Positions 11,241 to 19,700 of a stretch of DNA of 64,000 nt are shown here, piece after piece. Under the pieces are notes generated by a model, which was not told the DNA's origin, searched no databases, and worked only from the letters and a program-made list of their open reading frames with translations. The stretch's first letter is position 1. Each line of letters begins with the position of its first letter. Position numbers and translations under genes: made by a program. Source of the DNA: an uncultured Bacilli bacterium (GTDB lineage Bacteria > Bacillota_I > Bacilli_A > ML615J-28 > CAG-313); assembly GCA_949879765.1 (NCBI GenBank), contig CATLBQ010000004.1:9287-73286 (forward strand), in the 5' to 3' direction.

Positions 11241-11284
11241 TAAAATATCAAGTTGGTAAAAGATGCTAAGGAGCACTATTTTTA

Positions 11285-11860
11285 TTAATGATCTTGACCA
11301 AAATCAACAGGTGTAGAATTTGGCACAATTTCAAAAGGATTTGTTTTGTTAATATGATCGACAAATAAAATACCATTGAGATGATCATATTCGTGTTGGA
11401 ATACAACTGCAATATAATTTTTCAAGCGAAGACGGACTTTCATTATTTTTTCTGTACTATAAATATAAGTTTCCACTGTTACTCGTTTGGCACGATGAAC
11501 GTAACCTTTTACATCCCTGTCGACAGATAAACACCCTTCTCCAGAATCAAGATAAGTTTTTTCTTCGGAATAACTTACCAATTTCGGATTAATCATAGGA
11601 TAGAAATGCGAGTCTCCTTTTTCATCATAAGCGAGTATCACAAGCATTTTTTTACATACACCAATTTGTGGTGCCGCAAGTCCAACACCCGGGCGCAAAT
11701 TGTATTTTTTGGCTACATCTTCGTCTTGGGATTGAAATAGATATTCAATCATATCTTTTATAGTTTGTTCATCTTCAGGAGATAAAGGAATAGGGACTTC
11801 TTCGCACTTTGTTCTAAGTACAACATTTCCTTCGCGAATAATATCTTTCATTAAAATCAT
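11285..11860 (-). CDS. def: Peptide deformylase
   Basis: Motifs GVGLAAPQIG, EGCLS and HEYDHLNG. SD GAGGTGA upstream of the ATG. Confidence 0.95.
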   Translation of the reverse strand: MILMKDIIREGNVVLRTKCEEVPIPLSPEDEQTIKDMIEYLFQSQDEDVAKKYNLRPGVGLAAPQIGVCKKMLVILAYDEKGDSHFYPMINPKLVSYSEEKTYLDSGEGCLSVDRDVKGYVHRAKRVTVETYIYSTEKIMKVRLRLKNYIAVVFQHEYDHLNGILFVDHINKTNPFEIVPNSTPVDFGQDH

Positions 11861-11955
11861 TGTATCACCTCGTTCATTATATTATACTTGATTATCAATA
11901 AAAAAACAAGTAAAGTAAAAAAGTGGTTAAGGGTATTCCCCTTAACCATTTGTTG

Positions 11956-12870
11956 TTATTCACTAATTTCAACAGGTTTTTCTACAAGTGTTGAGCCAAT
12001 ATTTGAGAATGAGGCTTCAAGAATAAGAAGACCTTGGGCTGATGCAATGTCAACACTTAAACTAAGTTCTACTGTTTTGATATGTCCTTTTTGAACAAGA
12101 AGACTGAAAGTAGGAATAGATACTTCAGCTGGAATACCTTGTGCTTGAATCAATTCAGTGAGCATAGTGGCAATTTGTTCCGTATTGGCTATTCGAAGGC
12201 CATTTTTTCTTGCAAACATATTGGCAATTTCTTCAAAAGGTAGATTAGTAATATCATCTTTAGAGAATCCTGCTAGAGGATATTCATTTAACAACTGATA
12301 AGTTGCATCGATTTTTTGATAGACATAAAGGCTATCATCTGTGAAGGTTAAGAAAAGATTACTTTGTTCTCCCATTGTTTCAATGAATAGTTGTATGTTA
12401 TCTCCATCTCTTTGAAACTGAATTTGTGCGGTTTGAGAAGTAGAATAGCCACTTTCTGGTTCTTGTAGCATCACCATCATCGTAATTTGACAAGTTAAAC
12501 TCTTAGTGACCAATTCTTCTAAAGCACGAGCAAAATGATCGTCTGGTTCTGTTAGGGGTTCGCCTTCTGTTTTTCCACATACGGTGCAAGTTTTAGGAGA
12601 TTGATAAGTAGCTACACTCCATTTATGACCAAGTGGTCCACCTAAAGGGCTATTACACATTGTACAATGTCCAGCATGTTCACAATCTGCTTTTGTTCCG
12701 ATATGATTTAAAACGCTACCTGTAGTTTCTCCGCAAGTTGAACAATATGTGGCATGGGTACAAGTCGCTTCTACCCAAGTATGTTTTTCACATATTTCTT
12801 TTTTACATCCGGTAAAATACATACTTAAGCATAGAACTAAGGTAAGTATGATTAAACTTCTTTTCTTCAT
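11956..12870 (-). CDS. Cys-rich lipoprotein (hypothetical)
   Basis: Lipobox FTGC. N-terminal mature region has three degenerate (H)xW…TC…C..CG.T.G repeats with about 12 Cys in 90 aa. Remainder has no recognisable family. Confidence 0.5.
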   Translation of the reverse strand: MKKRSLIILTLVLCLSMYFTGCKKEICEKHTWVEATCTHATYCSTCGETTGSVLNHIGTKADCEHAGHCTMCNSPLGGPLGHKWSVATYQSPKTCTVCGKTEGEPLTEPDDHFARALEELVTKSLTCQITMMVMLQEPESGYSTSQTAQIQFQRDGDNIQLFIETMGEQSNLFLTFTDDSLYVYQKIDATYQLLNEYPLAGFSKDDITNLPFEEIANMFARKNGLRIANTEQIATMLTELIQAQGIPAEVSIPTFSLLVQKGHIKTVELSLSVDIASAQGLLILEASFSNIGSTLVEKPVEISE

Positions 12871-12995
12871 ATTAAAATTCCTTTCTTTTCCATATTATAA
12901 CATATATAGCTTTGAAAAAGCAAGTACAAGAGTGAAAAATTGGAAATTACTCCATTGATGTCAAATAATTTAATTCAAAAACAGATGATTTGTGG

Positions 12996-13026
12996 CACAA
13001 AAAAAGGCTCTTTTGAGCCTTTTTTG
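12996..13026. terminator. bidirectional terminator downstream of the yjcZ-like gene
   Basis: AGGCTC-tttt-GAGCCT hairpin flanked by an A-run (a T-run on the minus strand) and a T-run. Confidence 0.55.
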
Positions 13027-13038
13027 TTTGGATTTTGA

Positions 13039-13182
13039 TTACCAACGTGCAGTACCAATAATTACTAAAAGAATGAATAATACAAGGATTAAAGCATAGC
13101 CATAACCACCGAATGTATTGGTGTTGCAGCAAGGATTGGTTGTTTGTGCGCAACAATTGTAGCCATAATTAGGTTGATACAT
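13039..13182 (-). CDS. YjcZ-like tiny transmembrane sporulation-family protein (47 aa; not in the ORF track)
   Basis: Minus-strand translation MYQPNYGYNCCAQTTNPCCNTNTFGGYGYALILVLFILLVIIGTARW. Gly/Tyr-rich head plus the GG(F/Y)ALI(V/L)VLFILL(I/V)I(V/I)G core typical of Bacillus YjcZ / tiny_TM_bacill proteins. SD GGAGGG 7 nt upstream. Confidence 0.65.
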   Translation of the reverse strand: MYQPNYGYNCCAQTTNPCCNTNTFGGYGYALILVLFILLVIIGTARW

Positions 13183-13311
13183 AATTTCCCTCCTTTTTGA
13201 AATAAAAGTAATTCCTTTTGTTTCAATGTATCTTATGCATATTTTGTAAATTTGTTAGTTTATCCGCCTAATTTTATCAAAAATGTGGTATAATAAAAAT
13301 AGGTGAACAAT

Positions 13312-13590
13312 ATGAAAAAAGAAAATAAGAAAAAGACAAATGAAACAATTGATTCAACATATGAAATAGATTATGATTTATTTACAGTAGATGAAATCAT
13401 CAAGATTATTGAATTTTATCATACGATGACTCGATATGTGAATCATAAAGTCAGTAAAGACATCATCAAAACACGGTATCTTGAATACAAAAATATCATT
13501 CATAATTTGTCTTTAGAGAAAAAGTATAATGAACGCTTCTATAAGTCAACGGGGATATCCATCTATGACGAAATGAAACAAATTCTCTAA
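13312..13590 (+). CDS. UPF0223 (YktA-like) family protein
   Basis: Pattern Y.IDYDLFTVDEII.IIEFYH…Y..YK.II…EKKYNE.FYKSTGISIY resembles the UPF0223 signature (DW..EE..V..FF..VE..YE…Y..FK.IVP.KAEEK..F..FE..SGYS.Y). Start placed at ATG 13312, 6 nt after SD AGGTGA. Confidence 0.45.
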   Translation: MKKENKKKTNETIDSTYEIDYDLFTVDEIIKIIEFYHTMTRYVNHKVSKDIIKTRYLEYKNIIHNLSLEKKYNERFYKSTGISIYDEMKQIL

Positions 13591-13844
13591 TGCATGGATG
13601 TGTCTTCGCGAATACCTAAATAGTTTTCGATTCGTGTCATACGTTTGTGCAAATCGTTGATTTGACGTCTCATTTCCGCAAACTCAGTATCTAATACATT
13701 CATGTCATAGGTATTCATAGGTGCTGGATAAGGATTGGGTGTAGGATAATAATCTTGATAAGGATAAGGATAGTTCCTGTTTTGGTTGTTTGCATCAGGA
13801 TAGGATCCATTTTTGTTTTTTCTAAAAAAATTAAACATCATCAT
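13587..13844 (-). CDS. Tyr/Pro-rich small protein (possible spore-coat-like)
   Basis: Low-complexity N-terminus NYPYPYQDYYPTPNPYPAP, predicted helical C-terminus. Convergent 4-nt overlap with the UPF0223 gene. Confidence 0.35.
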   Translation of the reverse strand: MMMFNFFRKNKNGSYPDANNQNRNYPYPYQDYYPTPNPYPAPMNTYDMNVLDTEFAEMRRQINDLHKRMTRIENYLGIREDTSMH

Positions 13845-13932
13845 TCTCCTTTCAATTTAAGATATGAAAAAGCGTAAACTTTTGTCACAAAAAATTCCTT
13901 TCTTTAATAAATTAAAGTAGGGAGGTAGAAAT

Positions 13933-14322
13933 ATGGCATCACGTATGGACGAATTTAGAACTTTTTTGAGCAGTCATCCAGGAATTCAACAAGATGTAGA
14001 AAGTGGCAATCACACATGGCAACAAATGTATGAGGATTGGGTGATTCTAGGGGAAGAAAATCCCAAATGGCAAGTATACCGGCAAGCACAGTCTAATTCC
14101 AATACTACCCAAAAAAATGCATCTACAGGAAAACCAGGAACCATTGAGGAATTGCTTTCATCAACGAGTTTAAAAAATGTAATCAATTATGTGAAAAAGA
14201 TTGATCCTGATTCTATCAGTAAGACACTCAATACAGTACAAAAGGTACTCCAAATTACACAAAGTTTTGGAGGAAGACCAACAGGAATATACAATCAGAA
14301 TTACAATAGTTGGTGGGATTAA
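13933..14322 (+). CDS. YlbD-like (putative coat protein family)
   Basis: 129 aa. N-terminus …EFRTFLSSHPGIQQDVESGNHTWQQMYEDWVILGEENPKWQVYR… resembles the B. subtilis YlbD pattern. Translationally coupled (TAATG) to a YlbE-like gene, as in the Bacillus ylbD-ylbE pair. Confidence 0.4.
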   Translation: MASRMDEFRTFLSSHPGIQQDVESGNHTWQQMYEDWVILGEENPKWQVYRQAQSNSNTTQKNASTGKPGTIEELLSSTSLKNVINYVKKIDPDSISKTLNTVQKVLQITQSFGGRPTGIYNQNYNSWWD

Positions 14323-14546
14323 TGATTGCTAGTGTTTTAGAAAAACTATATTCAAATGATGTTTATCTCAATTATATTCGCTATAATCCAAGATGGTATG
14401 TTGTGCTAAACCGCAACCCTGGTGCCATTTCAGATTTTGAAAAAGAAGTAAAAATTAATTTGAAGATGACAACATCAGATAAAATAGAAACGTTAAGAAA
14501 ACAAATTGACTTTATCAATGGTATGCTCAAATACATCAGTAGCTAA
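14321..14546 (+). CDS. YlbE-like protein
   Basis: 75 aa from ATG 14321: MIASVLEKLYSNDVYLNYIRYNPRWYVVLNRNPGAISDFEKE. The NP.WY..L.R.P motif matches the YlbE-like family. Immediately follows the YlbD-like gene. Confidence 0.5.
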
Positions 14547-14550
14547 TATA

Positions 14551-14583
14551 AAAGTGTCAAGCCTTTTTACTTGACACTTTTAT
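14551..14583 (+). terminator. terminator hairpin whose right arm carries the rpsP -35 (TTGACA)
   Basis: AAGTGTCAA…TTGACACTT hairpin followed by TTTTA. TTGACA-18-TGgTATACT promoter reads out of the stem. Confidence 0.5.
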
Positions 14584-14630
14584 ACACTTTATGGTATACT
14601 ACCTTTGTCAATATATGAGGAGGTAATATT

Positions 14631-14903
14631 ATGGTAAAATTAAGATCACAAAGATATGGATCAAAGAAAAAACCTTTCTATCGTATTGTTGCGACAGACT
14701 CACGCAATCCTCGTGATGGTCGTCACATTGAAGTAGTTGGTACATATAACCCACTAACAACTCCAGCTACAGTAAAATTCGATGAAGAAAAAGTTATGAA
14801 ATGGTTAAGTTTAGGCGCAAAACCTACAGATACTGTAAAATCACTTTTAACTAAAGAAGGGCTAATTGTTAAATTCTTGGAAAATCAAGCAAAAGGTGAA
14901 TAG
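14631..14903 (+). CDS. rpsP: 30S ribosomal protein bS16
   Basis: [41 protein letters not shown] is the canonical bS16 N-terminus. Confidence 0.97.
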   Translation: MVKLRSQRYGSKKKPFYRIVATDSRNPRDGRHIEVVGTYNPLTTPATVKFDEEKVMKWLSLGAKPTDTVKSLLTKEGLIVKFLENQAKGE

Positions 14904-14912
14904 GTGAACGTC

Positions 14913-15164
14913 ATGGCGGAAATTAATTATGAAAGCTTAGTAGCAGAATTAATCAAGCCACTTGTAACACATCCTGAAGATGTAAAAACAACTAGTTCTA
15001 TCGATGGGGATAAAGTTTTAGTCAAAGCTTTGGTCAATCCTGATGACTTAGGAAGAGTCATAGGCAAAAAAGGACGCGTTGCAAGTGCGATTCGAACAAT
15101 TGCTCACGCAGCAGCGATTCGCCAAAAGCAAAGTCTTGATATTGAATTTAGTGCAAACGAATAG
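14913..15164 (+). CDS. KH-domain RNA-binding protein (YlqC-like)
   Basis: GRVIGKKGRVASAIRT is the KH GxxG loop. Conserved position after rpsP. Start placed at ATG 14913 (MAEINYESLVAELIKPLV). Confidence 0.85.
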   Translation: MAEINYESLVAELIKPLVTHPEDVKTTSSIDGDKVLVKALVNPDDLGRVIGKKGRVASAIRTIAHAAAIRQKQSLDIEFSANE

Positions 15165-15205
15165 ATGTTTGTATAACAAATGTTTGTTATACAAACATTT
15201 TTATT
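15165..15205 (+). terminator. strong rho-independent terminator after rpsP-KH
   Basis: Perfect 15-bp arms ATGTTTGTATAACAA / TTGTTATACAAACAT, 4-nt loop, followed by TTTTATTTG. Confidence 0.75.
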
Positions 15206-15230
15206 TGCCTTTTTGCATATTTTGTAGTAA

Positions 15231-15252
15231 TATATAAACAATAGTTTATATA
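15231..15252. promoter_or_regulatory. candidate ArsR/SmtB operator (9-4-9 inverted repeat TATATAAAC-AATA-GTTTATATA) overlapping the putative -10
   Basis: Perfect palindrome 27 bp upstream of the arsR-like start, overlapping TATAAT at 15250-15255. Confidence 0.4.
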
Positions 15253-15278
15253 ATTATGAAGAAAAGGATGATACATTT

Positions 15279-15569
15279 ATGGTAGGGACATCACTACAAA
15301 TGGTAGATGAGTTTGCGGAAATCATGAACTTGCTAGGGGAGACATCAAGATTGAAAATCGTTTTGTATTTATGGGATAAAGAAGCTAGTGTCAGTGAAAT
15401 TATGACTTATCTTCAAATGAGCCAACCCCTTGTTTCACACCATTTGAAATTATTAAAAGAAGCACATATTTTAAAAGCAGTAAAGCAAGGAAAAAAGATG
15501 ATTTATGGCCTTGTCAATTCTGTTGTGAAAGACATTGTAGAAGTGGGTTTAATCGGAGGTCAAGTATGA
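15279..15569 (+). CDS. ArsR/SmtB family metalloregulatory transcriptional repressor
   Basis: Winged-HTH ArsR fold (…SRLKIVLYL…SVSEIMTYLQMSQPLVSHHLKLLKEAHILKAVKQGK…). Lacks the alpha3 CxC motif. ATGA overlap with the downstream P-type ATPase. Confidence 0.85.
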   Translation: MVGTSLQMVDEFAEIMNLLGETSRLKIVLYLWDKEASVSEIMTYLQMSQPLVSHHLKLLKEAHILKAVKQGKKMIYGLVNSVVKDIVEVGLIGGQV

Positions 15570-18004
15570 TTGAAGTAAAAAATTATCAACTCCTGAAGGT
15601 AAGTAGTAACAAAAACTTTAAAAGAATCAGTAATGAGATTAAAAAAATAGAAGGGATTGCATCAGCCAATATTGAAAATACAAAAAATGTATTGCATATA
15701 GAATATGAAGCAGAACAACCCCTCAAAGAAAAACAATGGAAGGTCTTAGAAGAAGAAATACTCAAAGCCATTCATGAATATGAAAAAAAGGCGCAAATGA
15801 TTCGAATTGAAACAGTAGAAAAATATCGTAAAGTCTTGTATTTGAATGGATTAGATTGTGCCCATTGTGCGATGCGTGTAGAGACTATTGCGAAAAGAAC
15901 TTTGTGTCATGAGCAAATTATTGTGGATTTTCCAACTGGTCGTTTTATCATTGAGACCTATGATCAAAAAACCATAGAAAATATTTTAAGTGAAGTGACA
16001 AAGATTGCCAAGATGGTTGATGATCGAATTGTTGTTGTTGAGCAAGATGTTGCTAAAAGACGAAACTTTGAAAGTGTCAAAAAAATGAGTTTATTCCAAA
16101 AAATGACCATGATTATTGGAATGGCGGCATTTGTCATTTTGTGGATTATAGATATGTTTTGGAATAAAGACAAAAAACTATGGGTGTATTATTTGTATAT
16201 TGTGCCTTATCTATTCATTGGTTATCCAGTAATCATACGTTTTTTCAAAAATCTCTTGAGAGGGCAAGTATTAGACGAAACCTTTTTGATGACAATCGCT
16301 TCTATTGGTGCTTTTGTGACCCAACATCCATCGGAAGCTGTAATGGTGGTTGCTTTTTATCAAATAGGTGAAATTTTACAAAACAAAGCAGTCAATTATT
16401 CACGCAAATCAATTATGGAATTATTGCGTATAGAAGTCAAAACGGCACTGATTAAATTAGACAATGAAGTTACAGAAGTCGATGTAGAAAGTTTATTGCC
16501 TGGAGATATTGTGATTGTCAATAAAGGAGATACAATACCTGCAGATGGGAAAATTGTTGCAGGAAAAACGAATATTGATACCAAAAACTTAACTGGGGAA
16601 AGTATGTTAAAAACAGTAGAGGTTGGAGATGAAGTGCTTAGTGGCAGTATCAATATGAGTAAAATGATAGAAGTACAAGTAGCCAAACCTTACCGCGATT
16701 CAATGATATCTAGAATTATGGATTTGGTCGAAAATGCTTCAAGCACCAAAGGAAAAACTGAAACATTTATTACCAACTTTGCTAAATATTATACGCCTAT
16801 CGTGGTGATTGTTGCCTTTGCCATTGGTGTAGTTGGAAGTCTATTAGACCATTCTCATGCCAATCAGTGGATTTATGCCGCAATGGAATTTTTAGTTATT
16901 TCTTGTCCTTGTGCACTAGTGATTTCGATACCTCTTTGCTATTTTTCAGCCATTGGTGTTGCAAGTAGGCTGGGTATCTTGATTAAGGGAAGTAATTATA
17001 TTGAAGCACTCAGTCAAGTTGAACATGTTGTTTTTGACAAAACAGGAACACTAACAGAAGGAGCGTTTACAGTCACAAATGTTGTGCCGATGCAAGAAGA
17101 TATTACCGAAGAATATGTACTAAGAATGCTGATTTATACAGAGTATTATTCCAATCATCCAATAGGGATATCGATTGTTGAAGCATATGGTAAGGAAAAT
17201 ATTTTTCCAGAAATCATTAGCGATTTTCAAGATGTTACGGGAGGATCAAAGGCGACGGTTAATGGAAATAAAATATTGATAGGTAATGATAAATTGATGA
17301 GAGCCAATAAAATTGAAATCCCTGAAATTGAATCCCCTCATTTGGTCATTCATGTTGTGAAGAATAAGATGTATATTGGTTATGTAGAAATTGGAGATGT
17401 CATCAAACAAGAGGCAAAGAAAGTCATCGAAAACTTGCATCAACAACACAAAACTTGCTATATGTTAACAGGTGATTCCAAGCAGATTGCTGAAGAGGTG
17501 GCAAGTAGTATCCATATGGATATAGTATACTCCGAATTACTCCCTCATCAAAAGGTTGAAATTGTCGAAGAAATCAAACAATCGTCGAAGGGTAAAACTA
17601 TCTTTGTAGGAGATGGTATCAATGATGCACCAGTTATTGCTTGTGCGGATGTGGGGATTGCCATGGGAGAAGCTGGTAGTGATGCTACCATTGCCATAGC
17701 GGATGTAGTCATTATGACAGATAATTTAGAAAAAATGACAGATATGATACAAATTGCCACAAAAGCAAAACGAAAGGTCATTCAAAATGTGACATTCTCT
17801 TTGACCATCAAGTTTATTGTCATGTGGCTGACCATTATTTTTGGTATTACTTCTTCCGTAACGGGTTATGTAATTGAATTACCACTCATTGTGGCTATAT
17901 TTTCTGATGTAGGGGTTTCGCTATTAGCGATTTTAAATGCACTACTGGTGATGAAATTGAAAAAAACAAAACAAGAAGATGGAGTGAATCAACAATATGA
18001 ATAA
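15566..18004 (+). CDS. Heavy-metal translocating P1B-type ATPase (degenerate HMA + GLDCAHCA HMA + CPC pump)
   Basis: HMA CxxC (LDCAHCA), TM CPC motif (VISCPCALV), DKTGTLT phosphorylation site, GDGINDAP hinge. 812 aa. First about 80 aa look like a Cys-less ferredoxin-like (degenerate HMA) domain. Confidence 0.9.
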   Translation: MIEVKNYQLLKVSSNKNFKRISNEIKKIEGIASANIENTKNVLHIEYEAEQPLKEKQWKVLEEEILKAIHEYEKKAQMIRIETVEKYRKVLYLNGLDCAHCAMRVETIAKRTLCHEQIIVDFPTGRFIIETYDQKTIENILSEVTKIAKMVDDRIVVVEQDVAKRRNFESVKKMSLFQKMTMIIGMAAFVILWIIDMFWNKDKKLWVYYLYIVPYLFIGYPVIIRFFKNLLRGQVLDETFLMTIASIGAFVTQHPSEAVMVVAFYQIGEILQNKAVNYSRKSIMELLRIEVKTALIKLDNEVTEVDVESLLPGDIVIVNKGDTIPADGKIVAGKTNIDTKNLTGESMLKTVEVGDEVLSGSINMSKMIEVQVAKPYRDSMISRIMDLVENASSTKGKTETFITNFAKYYTPIVVIVAFAIGVVGSLLDHSHANQWIYAAMEFLVISCPCALVISIPLCYFSAIGVASRLGILIKGSNYIEALSQVEHVVFDKTGTLTEGAFTVTNVVPMQEDITEEYVLRMLIYTEYYSNHPIGISIVEAYGKENIFPEIISDFQDVTGGSKATVNGNKILIGNDKLMRANKIEIPEIESPHLVIHVVKNKMYIGYVEIGDVIKQEAKKVIENLHQQHKTCYMLTGDSKQIAEEVASSIHMDIVYSELLPHQKVEIVEEIKQSSKGKTIFVGDGINDAPVIACADVGIAMGEAGSDATIAIADVVIMTDNLEKMTDMIQIATKAKRKVIQNVTFSLTIKFIVMWLTIIFGITSSVTGYVIELPLIVAIFSDVGVSLLAILNALLVMKLKKTKQEDGVNQQYE

Positions 18005-18503
18005 AATAGAAGGTATATATATAGGAGAAATTACAGGTGTATTTGGTATCAAAGGTGAATTAAAAGTATATACAGAAAGTGATTTTGTGGATTATCGTTA
18101 CCGAAAAGGTGCAAAAATTATTCTTGTAAACAAGAATCACTCTCTTGAAGTGCAAATTAGTTCGATGCGCATTCACAAAAATAATGTTTTAATTACCATC
18201 AATGATTGTTATGATATCAATCAAGTTGAATCATATATTGGTTATCAAGTCTATGCACCCCAAGATGATATTCCCCCATTAGAAGAAGATGAGTATCCAG
18301 TAGATGATTTAATTGGACTACAAGTTGTAGATGAGAAGGAAAGTCCTATTGGAGAAGTAGCCGATTTTATTGCTGTACCACAAGGATATATCATGGAAGT
18401 CAAAACGTCCAAAGGAAAGATGTTGTTTCCTTTTGTTGATGCCTATATATTAGAAATTAGGGAACAACAAATTGTCGTTAAGGTATTAGAATTATGCCAG
18501 TAA
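17997..18503 (+). CDS. rimM: Ribosome maturation factor RimM
   Basis: N-terminal GEITGVFGIKGELKV and PRC-barrel C-terminus. Start overlaps the ATPase stop by 8 nt. Confidence 0.9.
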   Translation: MNKIEGIYIGEITGVFGIKGELKVYTESDFVDYRYRKGAKIILVNKNHSLEVQISSMRIHKNNVLITINDCYDINQVESYIGYQVYAPQDDIPPLEEDEYPVDDLIGLQVVDEKESPIGEVADFIAVPQGYIMEVKTSKGKMLFPFVDAYILEIREQQIVVKVLELCQ

Positions 18504-19237
18504 GATTTGATATTCTCACCCTATTTCCAGAAATGATATCTGGAATCATTCAAGATTCGATTTTAAAACGCGCAATTGAAAAAGGCAAGATTGAAGTCAA
18601 TATTATCAATTTTCGTGATTTTTCAACCAATAAACATCATACAGTAGATGATTATACCTATGGGGGCGGCGCTGGCATGCTCATTAGTGTAGAGCCTGTC
18701 CACCTAGCTATGCAAACCATTCCTCATTTGGATCAAGCATATAAGATTTTAACAAGCCCATCTGGGACCGTTTATAACCAACAAAAAGCAGAACAACTCG
18801 CGAAACAAGACCACATTGTATTAATTTGTGGACATTATGAAGGCATTGATGCTCGAATTCTTGACTATATAGATGAAGAAATATCTATTGGAGATTATGT
18901 TTTAACAGGAGGAGAGGTAGCGGCTTGTGTATTAATTGATTCAATTGCAAGGCTTGTACCGGGTGTGATTCGGGATGAGTCGATTATTGGTGAATCATTT
19001 ACAATGGGGTTATTAGAATACCCTCAGTATACTAGACCTCCTGTATATGATGGCAAATCTGTTCCTGAGGTATTATTATCGGGACATCATGCCCATATTC
19101 AAAAGTGGCAGCGTTATCAAGCCCTTCAAAAAACGTATCAAAAAAGACCAGAACTATTAAAACAAGTAGTCCTTTCTAAAGAAGACCACAAGATGTTAGA
19201 GGAGATTATCCATGACCAAGATAAAAGTAATATTTAG
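18494..19237 (+). CDS. trmD: tRNA (guanine37-N1)-methyltransferase TrmD
   Basis: MPVRFDILTLFPEM N-terminus, SPOUT knot motifs (GGYEGIDAR-like GHYEGIDAR). Confidence 0.95.
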   Translation: MPVRFDILTLFPEMISGIIQDSILKRAIEKGKIEVNIINFRDFSTNKHHTVDDYTYGGGAGMLISVEPVHLAMQTIPHLDQAYKILTSPSGTVYNQQKAEQLAKQDHIVLICGHYEGIDARILDYIDEEISIGDYVLTGGEVAACVLIDSIARLVPGVIRDESIIGESFTMGLLEYPQYTRPPVYDGKSVPEVLLSGHHAHIQKWQRYQALQKTYQKRPELLKQVVLSKEDHKMLEEIIHDQDKSNI

Positions 19238-19673
19238 TATGCTACTTATATGCTTTTTATGTGGAATCACAGGATGTAAGAAGCAAATCCAAACCTTTTC
19301 ATCTCCACAAGGAAAAGCCTTTTTTGAAGCCATTGATCAATATAGCCAAAAAAATGAGCACAATTATGTGCTCTTAGATCTTAGAAAACGTGATGCATCC
19401 TATGCCAATGGTCATTTCTTTGGATTTATGAATTATGACATTGAACAAGGCTCTTTAGAAGAATTAGGCAATCATCTGCAAAGGATGCATCATAAAAAGA
19501 AAACGATATTTATCATCGATGAAGATGGACAAGCGGTAGAACAAGTCGCCAGTTACTTGGCTAGTATCGGATATCGTAAAATAAGGGTGTATCTTGGGGG
19601 ATACCAAGCCTTATTATCATACAACGAACAATATTTTCAAGTTGTAACAGGATTAGAAGATTGTGATTGTTAG
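19212..19673 (+). CDS. rhodanese-homology-domain lipoprotein (catalytic Cys replaced by Asp; likely inactive)
   Basis: Lipobox ITGC. Rhodanese fold (…VLLDLRKRD…) with active-site loop IIDEDGQ, where the catalytic Cys position is Asp. Overlaps the trmD 3' end by 26 nt. Confidence 0.55.
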   Translation: MTKIKVIFSMLLICFLCGITGCKKQIQTFSSPQGKAFFEAIDQYSQKNEHNYVLLDLRKRDASYANGHFFGFMNYDIEQGSLEELGNHLQRMHHKKKTIFIIDEDGQAVEQVASYLASIGYRKIRVYLGGYQALLSYNEQYFQVVTGLEDCDC

Positions 19674-19700
19674 GACAAGACAGAAAGAAGGAAAACGAAA

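Noticed and set aside
12947-13156. 69-aa minus-strand ORF from the six-frame track
   Set aside because: No SD and no recognisable features. A different frame on the same strand encodes a well-formed YjcZ-like 47-aa protein with a strong SD, so the track ORF is a frame artefact.
15165-15205. Considered the 15-bp perfect palindrome after the KH gene as the ArsR operator
   Set aside because: It is followed directly by a T-run and lies more than 70 bp upstream of the arsR start, which fits an intrinsic terminator for rpsP-KH. The 9-4-9 palindrome at 15231-15252 is the better operator candidate.
17940-17996. Internal promoter for rimM inside the ATPase 3' end (TTGAAA at 17954)
   Set aside because: The -35-like hexamer lacks a convincing -10 at 16-18 bp (TGGAGT), so it is not called as a feature. 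The question is kept open in findings.
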